Of a stretch of DNA of 64,000 nucleotides, positions 1 through 13,658 are shown in pieces. The notes beneath the pieces are model-generated. The model saw only the letters and a program-made list of their open reading frames with translations, had not been told where the DNA came from and made no database searches. Numbering within the stretch: the first letter of the stretch is position 1; each line of letters begins with the position of its first letter. Source of the stretch: Anaeramoeba ignava BMAN (lineage: Eukaryota > Protista > Anaeramoebae); the NCBI GenBank assembly GCA_028826165.1, contig JAPDFW010000082.1:251466-315465 (forward strand), read 5' to 3'. The translations under genes and the position numbers were made by a program.

Positions 1-3000
1 TGAAGAACAATATAAAAGATTACAACCAAGAGTAGTGATCAAAATTACAGATTGATTTAAATTAAAATTCATTTATAAAATTTAAAATTCATTTATAAAA
101 TTAAAATTCATTTATAAAATTAAAATTAAAATTAAAATTAAAATTAATTTATAATTAATTTATACTAAAATTCATTTATAAAATTAAAATTAAATTATAA
201 TTAATTTATACTAAAATTCATTTATAAAATTAAAATTAAAATAAAATTAAAATTAAAATTAAAATTAAAATTAAAATTAAAATTAAAATTAAAATTAAAA
301 TTAAATTATAATTAATTTATAAAATTAAAATTAAAATTAAAATTAAAATTCATTTATAAAATTAAAATTAATATTCACTTATGAAATTAAAAGATTTATT
401 ATGAAAAATTACTTGATCCATGCGTTGAAAACCTCAGAAAATCATGTATTCAACACCAAAAATACTCACAAAACGAAAGAATTCTATTTCATTATAATGG
501 ACATGGAGTTCCAAAGCCAACAAAAAATAGAGAATTATGGTTTTTTAATAAAGATTACACACAATACATCCCAGTATCAATATATGAAATATTTGTCTGG
601 CTTGGAAACTCGGCAATTTTCGTACTTGATTGCACAAAAGCAGATTTACTTCGCTCAGCATTTTTATCTGAAGAAAACCCATTTATGAACACAAAAATAA
701 CTGAAGAAAAAGATTACATTTTACTTGCGCCATGCCAACACGATCAAGAACTTCCAGTTGATCCGAAGTTCCCAGCCGATTTATTCACAAGTTGCCTAAC
801 AACACCAATTCAAATTGCATTAAGATGGCATATTTACTCAAATATTTATTCGAAAACATTATTGAATAATATTCATGTGGAAGATCTTGACAAAATCCCC
901 GGGACGCTATTAGAAAGACTGTCTCCGCTGGGGGAACTTGATTGGATATTCACAACAATAACAGATATGATAGCATGGTGTTCATTTCCAAATGATTTAT
1001 TTAAAAAATTGTATCGAGAAGATCTTCTTGTTGCCGCGCTATTCCGCAATTTCTTGCTTGCTGAGCGTATTTTGAAATCAATGAACTGCACTCCATTCTC
1101 AATTCCGCAACTCTCTCCAACAGATCAGCATCCTCTTTGGAAAGCTTGGGATCTTGCTGTTGATGCTTGTATTTACCAACTGCCTGAATTCTTATCAGAT
1201 CCAAATTATGTTTTTAAGCCAAGTTCATTCTTCCGTGATAATGTAATTGGTTTTGAGAATTGGATCATGTTCGGCACAAAAATAAAATATGGTGTTGATC
1301 TTCTTCCTTTTCTTCTACAGCTACTTCTTAGCCAGAATTACCGTAAACATGCTCTTCATTTGATTGTTAAATTTATGGATCTTGGCTCTTGGGCAGTTTA
1401 TAAAGCTTTAACTGTGGGTATTTTTCCTTATATGTTGATGCTTCTCCCAACACAAGAACTTGAAATCAAAATGATTTTGGCAGCAATTTGGGGGAAAATT
1501 TTAATTTATGATAAAGTACATTTCAAATATTTCAAATAATTTAAATATTTATTGAATAATAATTTAAATAATTTAAATATTTTAAATATTTTAAATTTTT
1601 AGTCTTGCCAAATCGATCTTGTCAAAGAAAAAGGTTATGTTCATTTTATTGATTTATTGTCGGCTCCTCAATTACCTCCTGAAATTGAATCTGCTGCTGC
1701 TTTTGTTATTGCACTTACATTAAATAATTGCAAAGATGCAAAAATTGGATGTTTAAATTCAAATTTACTGCAAATTTGTTTATCAAAATTGGGAGAAAAA
1801 TCAGAATCTCGAAAATGGTGCAGTTTATGCTTATCAAAATTATTAGAGGGATATGAAAAAGCTAAAGAAAAAGCAATTTCTGCAGGAATTTCAGATAAAT
1901 TACTCAAATTACTCAAGGATCCAAACCCAATTATTCGAGCATGTTCGATTTATGGATTATCAAATACAATCAGTGAAAATATAGAAGAAGAATCAAGAAA
2001 TTCACAAGAATTTAGTGTTAGTGTCTCACTATTAGCAGCTGCAAATGACGGAAGTCCAATTGTTAGAATGGAACTGCTTGTGTTTTTATCGAAATTGATT
2101 TCTCTTCATGAAGGTTTGAATCATTTTTAATTTCTTTTGATACAAATTTTTGAATTTGTTCCACTTTTTAATAACTTTATATTTTATTTTATTATATTAT
2201 GATATTTTAATTTTATTTTATTTTTACAGAAAAAGTTCAACAAGTCGCACTAAAAATTGATGAAGAATTAATTAAATTCAAAAAAGACCCAACAGATCAA
2301 ATTGATTCTGAGCATAATACAGCAATATTTTCTTTGTGGTGGAAAACATTGGTGAAATTTAGCACGGATCCTTACATCGAAATTCAAAAAATATCGAAAG
2401 ATTTTATCACGAAATTAAGGTACTATTGGGTTCCATTTGGGATCTTTGATTCAATGAGAATGCAAAGCTCAAATCCATCAAAAGCGCAGCAAAATAACAG
2501 AAGTTTAAACTCTTCAACTCAAAATTTATTCTCCAAAATTCCCAAAAGCGCATATTCTATTCTTGTTAGAAAAGAAAACTTGGAAGATCTAACGATAATC
2601 GCAAATCAACAAGAAATCCTCAAAAATAACCAATCTAATTCAGTAGCAAAAATGTTATTCCAAAAAGATAATTTACAAAATATCGAGGATGTGCAAATAA
2701 ATAGCAATTCCAAAGAAATCTCTCAAGATTCACCAAAAAACAAGATCACCCCAAAAAGTTCCAATCACAAACTACATGAGGAAAAAAGAAAGCCTCGCGG
2801 AAGCACAAAAAATTTACCAAAAGAATCAAGAAAAGCAAGAAGAGGCTCCTCTTCAAAAATACTTGATAAAAATGAGCAAAAAGAAAATTCACAAAATAAT
2901 ATTGAATCACAATCCAAAGACGAAGATCTGACAGATGAGACCTACAAATCAACTCAAGTATTTGCGAAATCATTTACTAACTTTTTTGCTGTCGATTCCT

Positions 3001-4814
3001 TTTTCGAAACACCAAATAAAATTTCTGACAAAACACCAAGAGAAAACGGAAGAACACTTCATAATAGTCTCGACATCCCCAACACAGAAGAACGAATAAT
3101 CCCGTTTAAATCAACCCTTTTCGATTTTTGTGTTGATTTGTATTCTGTCCCTGAAATTTTCCAGATTAAAAATAACGATCTTGTTTTCCATTCCAATACA
3201 ACAAGCAAAATCAACACTCCAAAAAATTTAAGAACACAAAATATCATTGAAAAAACAAAAAACTCAATGATCGAAAATGTCAAAGAAATTGTGAACCAAA
3301 AAACAAAGTTCCAGCTAAATGATCAATGCGCACTGATCAATAGTCACACAAACAAAGTTTCGTCAGTGGTTTTCCATCCATATGAATCCATGATTGTCTG
3401 CAGCGACAAAAAAAACCAGATATTTATTTGGGATTGGAGAAAAAGCTCCGGAAAATTAGTTAATCAATTCAATAACGGAAATTCGGGACAATCACGCATA
3501 TCTTTCTTATCACTAATCAACGACTTGACACCAGATCCGTTTGTTATTTCTGGAACAACAGACGGAGTTTTGAAGATTTGGAAGGATTGCTTTTCCACAA
3601 AAGAAACAGACTATCCAAATCATCTTGAATCAAACACAAAAAATAAGGCAAATTCAAGAAATTCGAAAAATTATCCAAGTCTTTTATCAGCTTGGTCGAT
3701 GTTCCCTTCATATGATAACAAGAAGGCAATTACTTTGGAATCAAGCGCTGTTTTTGATTGGAATCCGCATAACGGACTTGTTTCGGCATTTGGCGAGAAT
3801 CGTGTCATCAAAATTTGGGATGTTCAAATTGAGAATGAATACCAAACTTTGCCAACAAATAGTGATCGTGGATTGAGCTGTTTGAAGCACGATCCTAAAA
3901 ATCCTAATATTTTATTTGGTGGCTCCTATAATGGCAATCTTTTGGTTTATGATATTCGAATAAAATCTTCTGGATCTTTGGTTCACTCTTTTTCTGAACA
4001 TAGTCATACTGTTTTAAATATTTGTAAACAAATTGGATCTGAAGAAGTTTTGATTTCTGGTTCTGTTCAAGGTGATATTAAGTTTTGGGATTTAAGAAAT
4101 CCATATGCAACGAAAACATTAATAGCTTATCAGGGGTTGATGACAACACTTGAAATACATGATTATTCTCCTTTAATTGCATGGTAATTTAGAAATATAT
4201 TTAAAAGAATATTTAAAAGAATATTTAAATAAATATTTAAATAAATATTTAAATAAATATTTAAATAAATATTTAAAAGAATATTTAAAAGAATATTTAA
4301 TATTTAATTCAATTCAATTCAATATTTAATATTTAATTCAATTCAATTCAATATTTAATATTTAATTCAATATTCAAAAGAATATTTAAATAAATATTTA
4401 AATAAATATTTAAAAGAATATTTAATATTTAATATTCAATTCAATTTAATATTTAATTCAATTCAATTCAATTAAATTCAATATTCAATTCAATTTAATA
4501 TTTAATTTAATTTAATATTCAATATTTAATATTTAATATTTAATATTTAATATTTAATTCAATTCAATATTTAATATTTAATATTTAATATTTAATATTT
4601 AATTTTCAATTTTTATAGTGGATCTAATAATGATTTTATAAAGATATTTAATACAAATGGTGAACTAATTAATACTGTTGGATATTATGATTCTTTTCTT
4701 TCTCAGAAACTTGGAATGGTTCATGCAGTTTCTTTTCATCCTTATCAAATGTACTTAGCATCAACAACAGATTCTTTAATTTCTGTTTTTACTCCAAGTT
4801 TTTTAAAAAATTGA
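1..4814 (+). CDS. RPTOR: Raptor/KOG1 (TORC1 scaffold), 5'-partial; exons <1-31, 394-1515, 1603-2113, 2230-4183, 4619-4814
   Basis: Spliced translation gives RNC motifs EEQYKRLQPR, ERILFHYNGHGVPKPT, PADLFTSCLTTPI and GELDWIFTTITDMIAW, then HEAT repeats and C-terminal WD40 repeats. All four introns are GT-AG and frame-consistent. Confidence 0.97.
55..390. repeat. Intronic (AAAATT)n array with TCATTTATA variant units
   Basis: Visible hexamer tandem in Raptor intron. Confidence 0.9.
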
Positions 4815-5025
4815 ATATAAAAAATTAATATTCTATGAATTATTTTGGTTTCTTTTTGTTATTTTTTTTTAGTGAAGTGATAAAAAGAAAAAAAACAATT
4901 TTTCTTATTTATATTTTTATTCGATTCTTTAATTTTTGATTTTTAATTTTTTTATTCGATTCTTTAGTTTTTTTTATTTTTTCATTTTTTTCATTTTTTT
5001 CATTTTGCTTTTTTTTAAAAAAAAA

Positions 5026-7436
5026 ATGAATTTAAATTTAATAACTTACATCATAACAGCAATATTTTTACTACAAACAATCAAGACACATCCCAAAGTA
5101 GTAATAAACAACATAACAAAAGAAGAAACACGAAACGAAACAGAAACAGAAATTGCAGGATACACATGTTATTCAGGATATATATTAGCAAACGAGACAT
5201 CAGGAGCGTATCTATTTTTTGTTTATATAGAACGAAACACGAGCAATCCATTGCAGTTAGTACTAGCAGGAGGACCAGGATGTTCATCTTCAGATGATCT
5301 TTTTCTTGCTCTTGGACCATCTTTGATCCAACCTGATGGATCCTTTATAAACAACTCTAATGCATGGACTGATATCTTCAATCTTCTCTTTATTGATAAT
5401 CCTGTTGGTTCTGGTTATTCTTATATTGATGATCCGGATGGTTATCCTACTAACCAATCTTTGGTTTCTCAACAACTTTATACTTCTTTATTGGTCTTTT
5501 TTGATAAATATAATATCTCACAAGATAAAGATTTTTATATTTATGGTGCTAGTTATTGTGGTAAATATATTCCTGCTTTGGGATATAAGATTTTACAAGA
5601 AGGTTTTGTTATTAATTTGAAAGGAGTGATTATTGGTAAGTTTTCCAAAACTAATTTTAATTTTATAAATGAATTTTAATTTTAATTTTAATTTTAATTT
5701 TAATTTTGATTTTAATTTTAATTATAATTTTAATTTTCAAAATGAATTTTAATTTTATTTTTAATTTTAATTATAATTTTAATTTTAATTTTAATTTTAA
5801 TTTGAATTTTAATTTTAATTTTAATTTTAATTATGATTTTAATTTTAATTTTAATTTTAATTTTCAAAATGAATTTTAATTTTATTTTTAATTTTAATTA
5901 TAATTTTAATTTTAATTTTAATTTTAATTTTATAAATGAATTTTAATTTTAATTTTAATTTTAATTTTAATTTTAAATTTAATTTTAATTTTAATTTTAA
6001 TTTTAATTATAATTTTAATTTTAATTTTAAAAATGAATTTTAATTTTAAATTTAATTTTGATTATAATTTTAATTTTAATTTTCAAAACGAATTTTAATT
6101 TTAATTTTATTTTTATTTTAATTTCTAAATTTAATTATAATTTTAATTTTAATTTTAATTTTAATTTTCAAAATGAATTTTAATTTTAATTTCTAAATTT
6201 AATTTTAATTTTAATTTTAATTTTAATTTGAATTATAATTTTATTTTTAATTTTAATATTAATTTTAATTTTAATTTTAATTTGAATTTTCAAAATGAAT
6301 TTTAATTATAATTTTAATTTTAATTATAATTTTAATTTATATATTAGGTGATGGAATAACAGATCCAGTAAGTCAAATGAATTATTCATATTATGCATAT
6401 GCAACTGGATTAATTGGAGAGTTACAATATCCAATAATTCATGCAAAAGAACTTGAATGCGTAAATTTAATGCAAAATGAAAGTTGGTTAGATGCAGCAA
6501 ATTGCATGATTGATATTTGGGGAGAAATTGTTAACATGTCTGGAGGTGTAAATGTTTACGATATAAGATTATATGGAGATTATAATTTCACAGCATTAGA
6601 TAACTTTATGCAATCAAACTCAACAAAAGAAACATTTGGAGTTGATTTGAATACAACTTGGTGGGATTGTGATGGTCCTCCAACTCATTATTTATACGAA
6701 GATATGCCCAAATCAGTTAAATCAGATTTCGAGGCTCTTTTGGCAAATGGAACCAAGATTTTCTTATATACTGGTCAATTTGATTTAATCATTACTTTGG
6801 TTGGTTCTTTGAATTTTTTGAGTAATGTCAATTGGGAATATATGGATGATTTTAATAATTCTACAAGAATTATTTGGAAAGTTGATGATGAAATGGCTGG
6901 TTTTGTTAAGCACTATAAAAATCTTTGGTTTGGAACAATTGTTGGTGCTGGTCATTTAGGGTAATTAATCTTCAAAATAAATTTCATTTTTATTATTTTT
7001 ACTAATTTCAATTTTCCTTTTTTTCAAAAACAAAATAGAGTTGTAAGAATTTTTTAAAAATCAATTTAAATATTAATTTAAATATTTGATTTAAATATTA
7101 ATTTAAATATTGATTTAAATATTAATTTAAATATTTATTTAAATATTAATTTAAATATTGATTTAAATATTAATTTCAATATTTGATTTAAATATTTATT
7201 TAAATATTAATTTAAATATTTGATTTAAATATTAATTTAAATATATTAATTTAAATATTAATTTGAATATTGATTTAAATATTTGATTTAAAAATATTTG
7301 ATTTAAAATCAAAAAATGAAATTTAATTGAATTCTGTTTTTTCCTTTATTAACCATAATAATATTATTAGGTTGATCAAGCAAAACACACTCATAATTTA
7401 GCTTATCGTTTCGTTAATGATCTTCCTTTCGATTAA
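5026..7436 (+). CDS. Secreted serine carboxypeptidase (peptidase S10); exons 5026-5635, 6348-6960, 7039-7042 (4-nt micro-exon), 7371-7436
   Basis: Signal-peptide-like N-terminus; GGPGCSS, IDNPVGSGYS, catalytic GASYCG, GQFDLI, and AGHLGVVDQ matching AGHxxxxDQ. Confidence 0.93.
5655..6335. repeat. Intronic (TTTTAA)n array
   Basis: Visible hexamer tandem in S10 intron 1. Confidence 0.9.
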
Positions 7437-7575
7437 TTTTTTTTTCTTTTTTTTCTTTTTTTTTTCAAATTCAAAATTCAAAAAAAAAATTATCCAAAAT
7501 AAAATTGGATGGAAAAAATCAAGGATTTAAAAAAAAATTCAAATTTTAAAAAAAAATTATTTGAATCAAATTAAA

Positions 7576-10313
7576 TCACCAACCAAGCACTTGTTGAATA
7601 CTTTTAATTAAAATATTTGACATTATTGCATGAGCTTCAACATTCTAAAAAAAAAAGAGGAAAGGAAAAATTAATTTAAAAATTATTAATTAAAAATTAA
7701 AAAAAAAGATTCCAAAATTACAGGCTATTCAAAAAAAAAAACTTTAAAATAAGAAAAAATTCTTTAAACAACCAAAAAAAAAACTTAATCAAATTACACT
7801 AAAAAAAAACAAGAAAATTAAATTTGTTAGTAAAAATTATAAAGTATTATTTAAAAACAAAAAAATAACAAACTGTGTTTGGCAACCTTCAAGATCTGGA
7901 GTAAGAATATTTGTCCAATTAACAAAATAGACATTTGGTTGTTCAAGTGAGATAATTTCTTGAATTAATTTAACTGGATCACCATACCTTTTAATATTCA
8001 AAATAATATTCAAAATAATATTTAAAATAATATTTAAAATAATATTCAAAATAATATTTATATTAATATTCAAATTAATATTTAAAATAATATTCAAAAT
8101 AATATTCAAAATAATATTCAAAATAATATTCAAAATAATATTCAAAATAATATTTAAAATAATATTTAAAATAATATTCAAAATAATATTTAAAATAATA
8201 TTTAAAATAATATTTAAAATAATATTCGAAATAATATTCAAAATAATATTCAAAATAATATTTAAATTAATATTTAAAATAATATTCAAATTAATATTCA
8301 AAATAATATTCAAAATAATATTTAAAATAATATTCAAATTAATATTTAAAATAATATTTAAAATAATATTCAAAATAATATTTAAAATAATATTTAAAAA
8401 TAATATTTAAAATAATATTTAAAATAATATTCAAAATAATATTTAAAATAATATTTAAAATAATATTCAAATTAATATTTAAAATAATATTCAAAATAAT
8501 ATTTAAATTAATATTTAAAAATAATATTTAAAATAATATTTAAAATAATATTTAAATTAATATTTAAAATAATATTTAAAATAATATTTAAAATAATATT
8601 TAAATTAATATTTAAATTAATATTCAAATTAATATTCAAAATAATATTTAAAATAATATTCAAAATAATATTCAAATTAATATTTAAAATAATATTTAAA
8701 ATAATATTTAAAAAAATATTCAAAATAATATTCAAAATAATATTCAAAATAATATTTAAAATAATATTTAAAATAATATTTAAAATAATATTTAAAATAA
8801 TATTTAAAATAATATTTAAAATAATATTTAAAATAATATTCAAAATAATATTTAAAATAATATTTAAATAAATACATTGGACCAGTAGTTATAAACATTG
8901 GGATATCTCCATAAAAATATCGATAATGTGATATTAAATCACGATATCCTTTGATAAAAACATCATCATCTGGATGAGCTATTATTAAGATAGTAAAAAA
9001 AATTCAGAGAATTAAAAAAAAAATGAATATAAAAATATAAGAATATCTGAAAATATGAAAATATACGCAATGTAGAATAATCATTTCCACCAAGATGAAG
9101 TACCATTGCATCTGGTTGCCATTTTGAATAATCCCATGAATATTGTTCTGATGTATTTGAACGGAGACTACTATTCATATAAAATCCAAAAGGACGTGCT
9201 GATGTTTTATTTGGATCGCCATAATTTCTAACAACTCCAATTCCAGAAATAGCTTCAATAAAATAATCAGCATCAAAATATCTAGAAACCTAAAATTAAA
9301 ATGTTATTTTTGAATTGAACGAAAAATAATTTGTGGTTTAATTATTAATTTTATTTTCCAATTTATTCTTACAACAGGTCCATCTATTTTGGGAATATAA
9401 ATATATAAATATAAATATAAATATAAATATAAAAATATAAATATAAATATTTACAAGCAAGATAAACGTCTTCAGTTTCTGCACTAAATAAAAATAAAAA
9501 TAAAAATAAATATTTAAAATATTTAAAATAAAAATAAATATAAATATAAATATAAATACCTAAATGGTTCATCAATAGATTTACACTCATCTCCATATCC
9601 AGCAACTACTGAATCACCTTTAAACAGAAATTCAAAAAAATTAAAATTTGAAATCGGATAAAAAATTAAATTAAAAAATTAATAAATGTTTTTTGTTTTT
9701 TGTTTTACCAATAAATTCAAGTTTTCGATTTTTTAAACTTTTTGATTCTGGATTGACATATAAATTTATTCCACCATCAATAATGGCTCTATAAAATTTT
9801 GCAATTGATAAAGCTTCTGTTCTTTTATATAAACTAACGCTATAAGTTTGTGAAGGATCCAAATTAGAAGCAATCTGATATCTTGTTTTTCCTTCATTTA
9901 CAATTAATTTAAGTTCTGAAGTTATATTAATTTTTGAATTGAATGATTGAATTATTATTTGGAAAATATTGGATGTTGTATCAGCTTCTAATGATCTTTT
10001 GTTTTGAGGAAATTTTTGAACATCATCAAATTCAACCCAAATTTCTTGTGTTGATGAAACATTAAATTGTAAATAAACTCCCTGTTTATTTTGGATAAGA
10101 ATTGATTTTAGTTAATTTTTTTTTGTGAATTGTTTTGATTTTTTATTATTTATTGTTATTTTTTTTTTGTACTGGCCAATCAATTATTGCACAATTTTCT
10201 TTTGAATCAAAAACAAATCTTCCAATAATTGAAACACTTGAATCACCAAAAACTTCTAAAATTAAAGAAAAGTAAAATAAAAAACTGATAAATTTTGAAA
10301 AATTTTGTTTCAT
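7576..10313 (-). CDS. Secreted SGNH/GDSL esterase, CE2 (acetylxylan esterase)-like; 11 exons: 10313-10173, 10081-9709, 9617-9560, 9483-9455, 9383-9373, 9289-9067, 8978-8876, 7987-7874, 7798, 7724-7722, 7644-7576
   Basis: Spliced product: signal peptide, IIGRF...IDWPG, LYKRTE, LEFIGDSVVAGYG, ETEDVYLAYG, ISGIGVVRNYG, PDAMVLHLGGND, GCQTHPNVEAH. All junctions are GT-AG. Confidence 0.88.
7992..8868. repeat. Intronic 12-mer array AAAATAATATT(T/C)
   Basis: Period-12 tandem in esterase intron; produces the spurious NIIL ORFs. Confidence 0.92.
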
Positions 10314-10424
10314 TTTGATAAGAAAAATGAAAAAAATGAAAAATGAAAAAATAGAAAATTTATTCTCTTCTTTTTTTAAAAACAAATTGATTACAAAATC
10401 CAATTTAATTTAATTTAATTTAAT

Positions 10425-13400
10425 TTAGAATTTTACACTATTATTATTATTATTGTTATTTTTATTTTGAGAAGATAATCCTTTATATTCATTAATTTCA
10501 GATAAAAGTTCTTTATAATGTAAACTTCTTAAAAATCTATAATGAAGAATTTTATCAGATATTAAACTTGAATGAACAATTTTTAAAGCTTCATCAAAAA
10601 GAGTTGCAACTGGATTTTCTCCCATTTGATTTAATTGTGATAAAATATTTTGTTGAATTTCTTGAGGAATATTAATTGTATTTTGTGAATCTTCTTTAAG
10701 AAAATTATTAATTATATATTCAGCATGAATTTTTGCAATTGAATCTTCCCATAACAAACAAAATTGTTGATAATTATGAACATGAAACCAAAAAAGAAGT
10801 TGATTTGCTTTTAATGAAGAATATTTTTCAAGATTTTGTGATTTTGATTCATAATCTTGTTCATATTCATTAACAGTAAAATTAAGTAAATGTTTTATAT
10901 AAAGATTGATAAAAAATTGTAATTTTACAAGTCGAACTGTTTCACTTTCACAATTTTTTGCTTTCATATTATTAAAAAAATCATGAACAGTTACTGATTC
11001 TGAATGTGATAAAGAATTTCTAAGAATTCTATTTCTATTTCTCTTGTTTCCACTTCCTTGGAAAAATCTTACTAAAGCTACATCTTTTTTGGATTTACTT
11101 TTTGGATTTTCTTTGTTTTTATTTTTAGTTCGATTTTGTTGACTAGTTAAATCAATTTCGTTGTTTTCTTTTTTATTGTGAAATTTTTTTATATCAAAAT
11201 CGGATCTATTTTTATTAGAATCAATTTCTAATGAATCAATCATATTTTTAAAATCAAAGGAAACTACTGTTCTTTCAGGAAGAGAATGAGGTGAATGTGA
11301 ACGTTTTTCTTTTGAATTTTGTTTTTCTTTTTCTTTTTCTTTTGATTTTTGTTTTGAATTTTGTTTTTGTTTTTCTTTTTCTTCATTAAATAATGAATTT
11401 TTTGGATCTAAATCAAAATCTGATTCAAATATTTGAGAATTAAATAAGGAATTTATAAATTCTTCTTTAATCATTTCTTGTTTGTTAAATTCTTCATCTG
11501 ATTCAAAAGTTGGAAAATAACCTTCAAATTGTGTTGAAATATTTGAATTTGTTTCTTCATTTTTAGGTAAAGAATCATTTTCAGAAAAATCACTTGATTG
11601 AATTTCATTTTGTTGAGAATTATTTTGATTACTTAATTAAGAAATATTAAAAATGAATGAATAAAGAAAAACAATTTTAATTTTTTAAAATTTGGATTAA
11701 TTTATTTTATATTATTTTATATTTATATTTATTCTTACTTATTTGAAGGAGGAGTATTTTTAAAGCCAGGAGAATCAGGAATAACCCAATCATCTTCATC
11801 TTCATCTTCATCTTCAATATTTTCATTTTGAATATTTTCATTTTGAATTAAATTTATATTTTCATTTTCAATTAAATTTATATTTTCATTTTCAATTAAA
11901 TTTATATTTTCATTTTCATTTTCAACTTCTTCAAGTTCTTGTAAAAGTTTCTCAATCTTTGTTTGATTTTCAATATTCAATTTAGATAATCTATCAATCT
12001 CAATTTGAAGTTGAGTATCTGATAAATTTTGGAACATATTAACATTAACATTAGCATTTTTATTTTGTTCAATTTTTCTTGGTGTTCCAAATAAAAGTTT
12101 AGTTTGAAAATCAATTTCTGGTTCCATTTCACCTCCACTTCCCAATTCTGTACCTAATCCTAATCTAAATTCTGTTTCTGTTCCTAAATCAATTTCTGTA
12201 TCAATATTCTCATCTGTGTCATTTTGAGCTGATTTATTTCCTGTTTGTGATTCTGTTAATGAACGAGAAAGTGAATCGGTCTTTGATTCTGATTTTGATT
12301 CTGATTTTGAATCAACAATATTATCAAATTCAAATAAAACTTCATTTTCTGTAAATTCTCCTTTCTCAAAATCAATATTAGCAAATCTTTTTTCTAAATT
12401 TGCAAATGGTGTATTATTTTCACCATCTGGTTCAAATAATAAATCTAAATTTGCCTCTTTATGCCGATCAATTAATACTTTCAAAATTTCTTCATTACAA
12501 TATTTTGTTGCAACATGAAGAACATTTCGTCCTTTTTTTGTTTTCTTTTTTTAAAAAAAAAGATTATAATCCAAAAACAAATAAAAATTATTATAAAAAT
12601 TGTAATTATAATTAAATATTCAATCTAATTTACTTGACTGTAATCAAAATGATATTTTGCTAAATTTTTGATAATTTCAATTTTCAATTTATGTTGCTGT
12701 TCATCAATTTCAATATATTTCATCAATTTTAATGCTGTATGAAAAGCATTTTCTCCTTTAGAATTTTGAATATTTAATAATTTTGAATTTGCTGATAATC
12801 TTCTTAATAAAACTTTTGAATAATAAAAAACATAAATAAAAGCAAACACAATTAAGAATATAAATTAAAAAAATTTTCTTTTTCTTTTTCTATTTCTAAA
12901 ATAATTTGGAAAAGAAATACTTTCAACAGAATTATAATTTCTTGATAAAATTGCACAATGTAATGGTGTATTTCCTGTATTTATTGATTTAATCATAATA
13001 CTTCTAAGTGGTCTTTTATTTAAATAGTCTGTAAAAATTTCATCATATGGAAAAATAGAACAAACCCAAGCTATTTTTATATAAAATTTCAATCATTTTA
13101 ATTCTCATTTCCTTTTCAAAAATATAAATATTATTTTAATTACGATTTATAAATTCAAAAAAATTTATTAATAATGGAATAAGATGTATTTTAGCTGAAT
13201 TTTCAAGAGTTGCTAATCCTTGATTCATTAAAAGATTTTGAACCCAATTTTGAATATTTTCTTTTGTTAAATTTGATTTATTTTTTGAATTCTTTTTTTG
13301 TTTTTTTTTTGAATTAAATTTTTTTAATTTAAATTTTTTTTCAATAAATTTTTTTTACTTTTTGAATATCTTTTGCCAGTTTTCGTAATTCAGTAAAACT

Positions 13401-13658
13401 ATGAATTGTATTCCAAGCTGCAAATTTAATAAATATTGTAATTTCATAAAATTTTTCTTTTGATTTCTTTTTTCTTTTTAAATCCTTTTTTTTTTTAAAT
13501 TGAAAAATTATTTTAAATTTTTGTTTTTTATTATTTCTTTTTTTCTTTTATTTATTTACATTTGGGGTTTTTGTTGTAGAATTAACAGTTATATTTATTA
13601 TTAATGAAAGTATTCTAAAAAAAATTGAAGGTGGAATTCTCTCAATTTGATCATTCAT
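10425..13658 (-). CDS. Multidomain signalling protein: PX-like N-terminus, ankyrin repeats, acidic/coiled linker, C-terminal RGS domain (7 exons)
   Basis: Ankyrin motifs GNTPLHCA, GENAFHTA, GRNVLHVA; RGS-like LLFWFHVHNYQ...IINNFLKEDSQNTINI...FDEALKIVHSSL...YRFLRSLHYKEL. PX similarity is weak and one acceptor is ambiguous. Confidence 0.72.

Noticed and set aside
7837-8898. ORFs of NIIL/KYYF repeats, and similar ILIL, DFDF, KIKI, NFNF ORFs elsewhere (22406, 37035-37691, 43151, 44203-44745, 45222-46369, 47652, 54698, 58618, 60744)
   Set aside because: Translations of intronic or intergenic AT tandem arrays; they lie inside frame-consistent introns or spacers.
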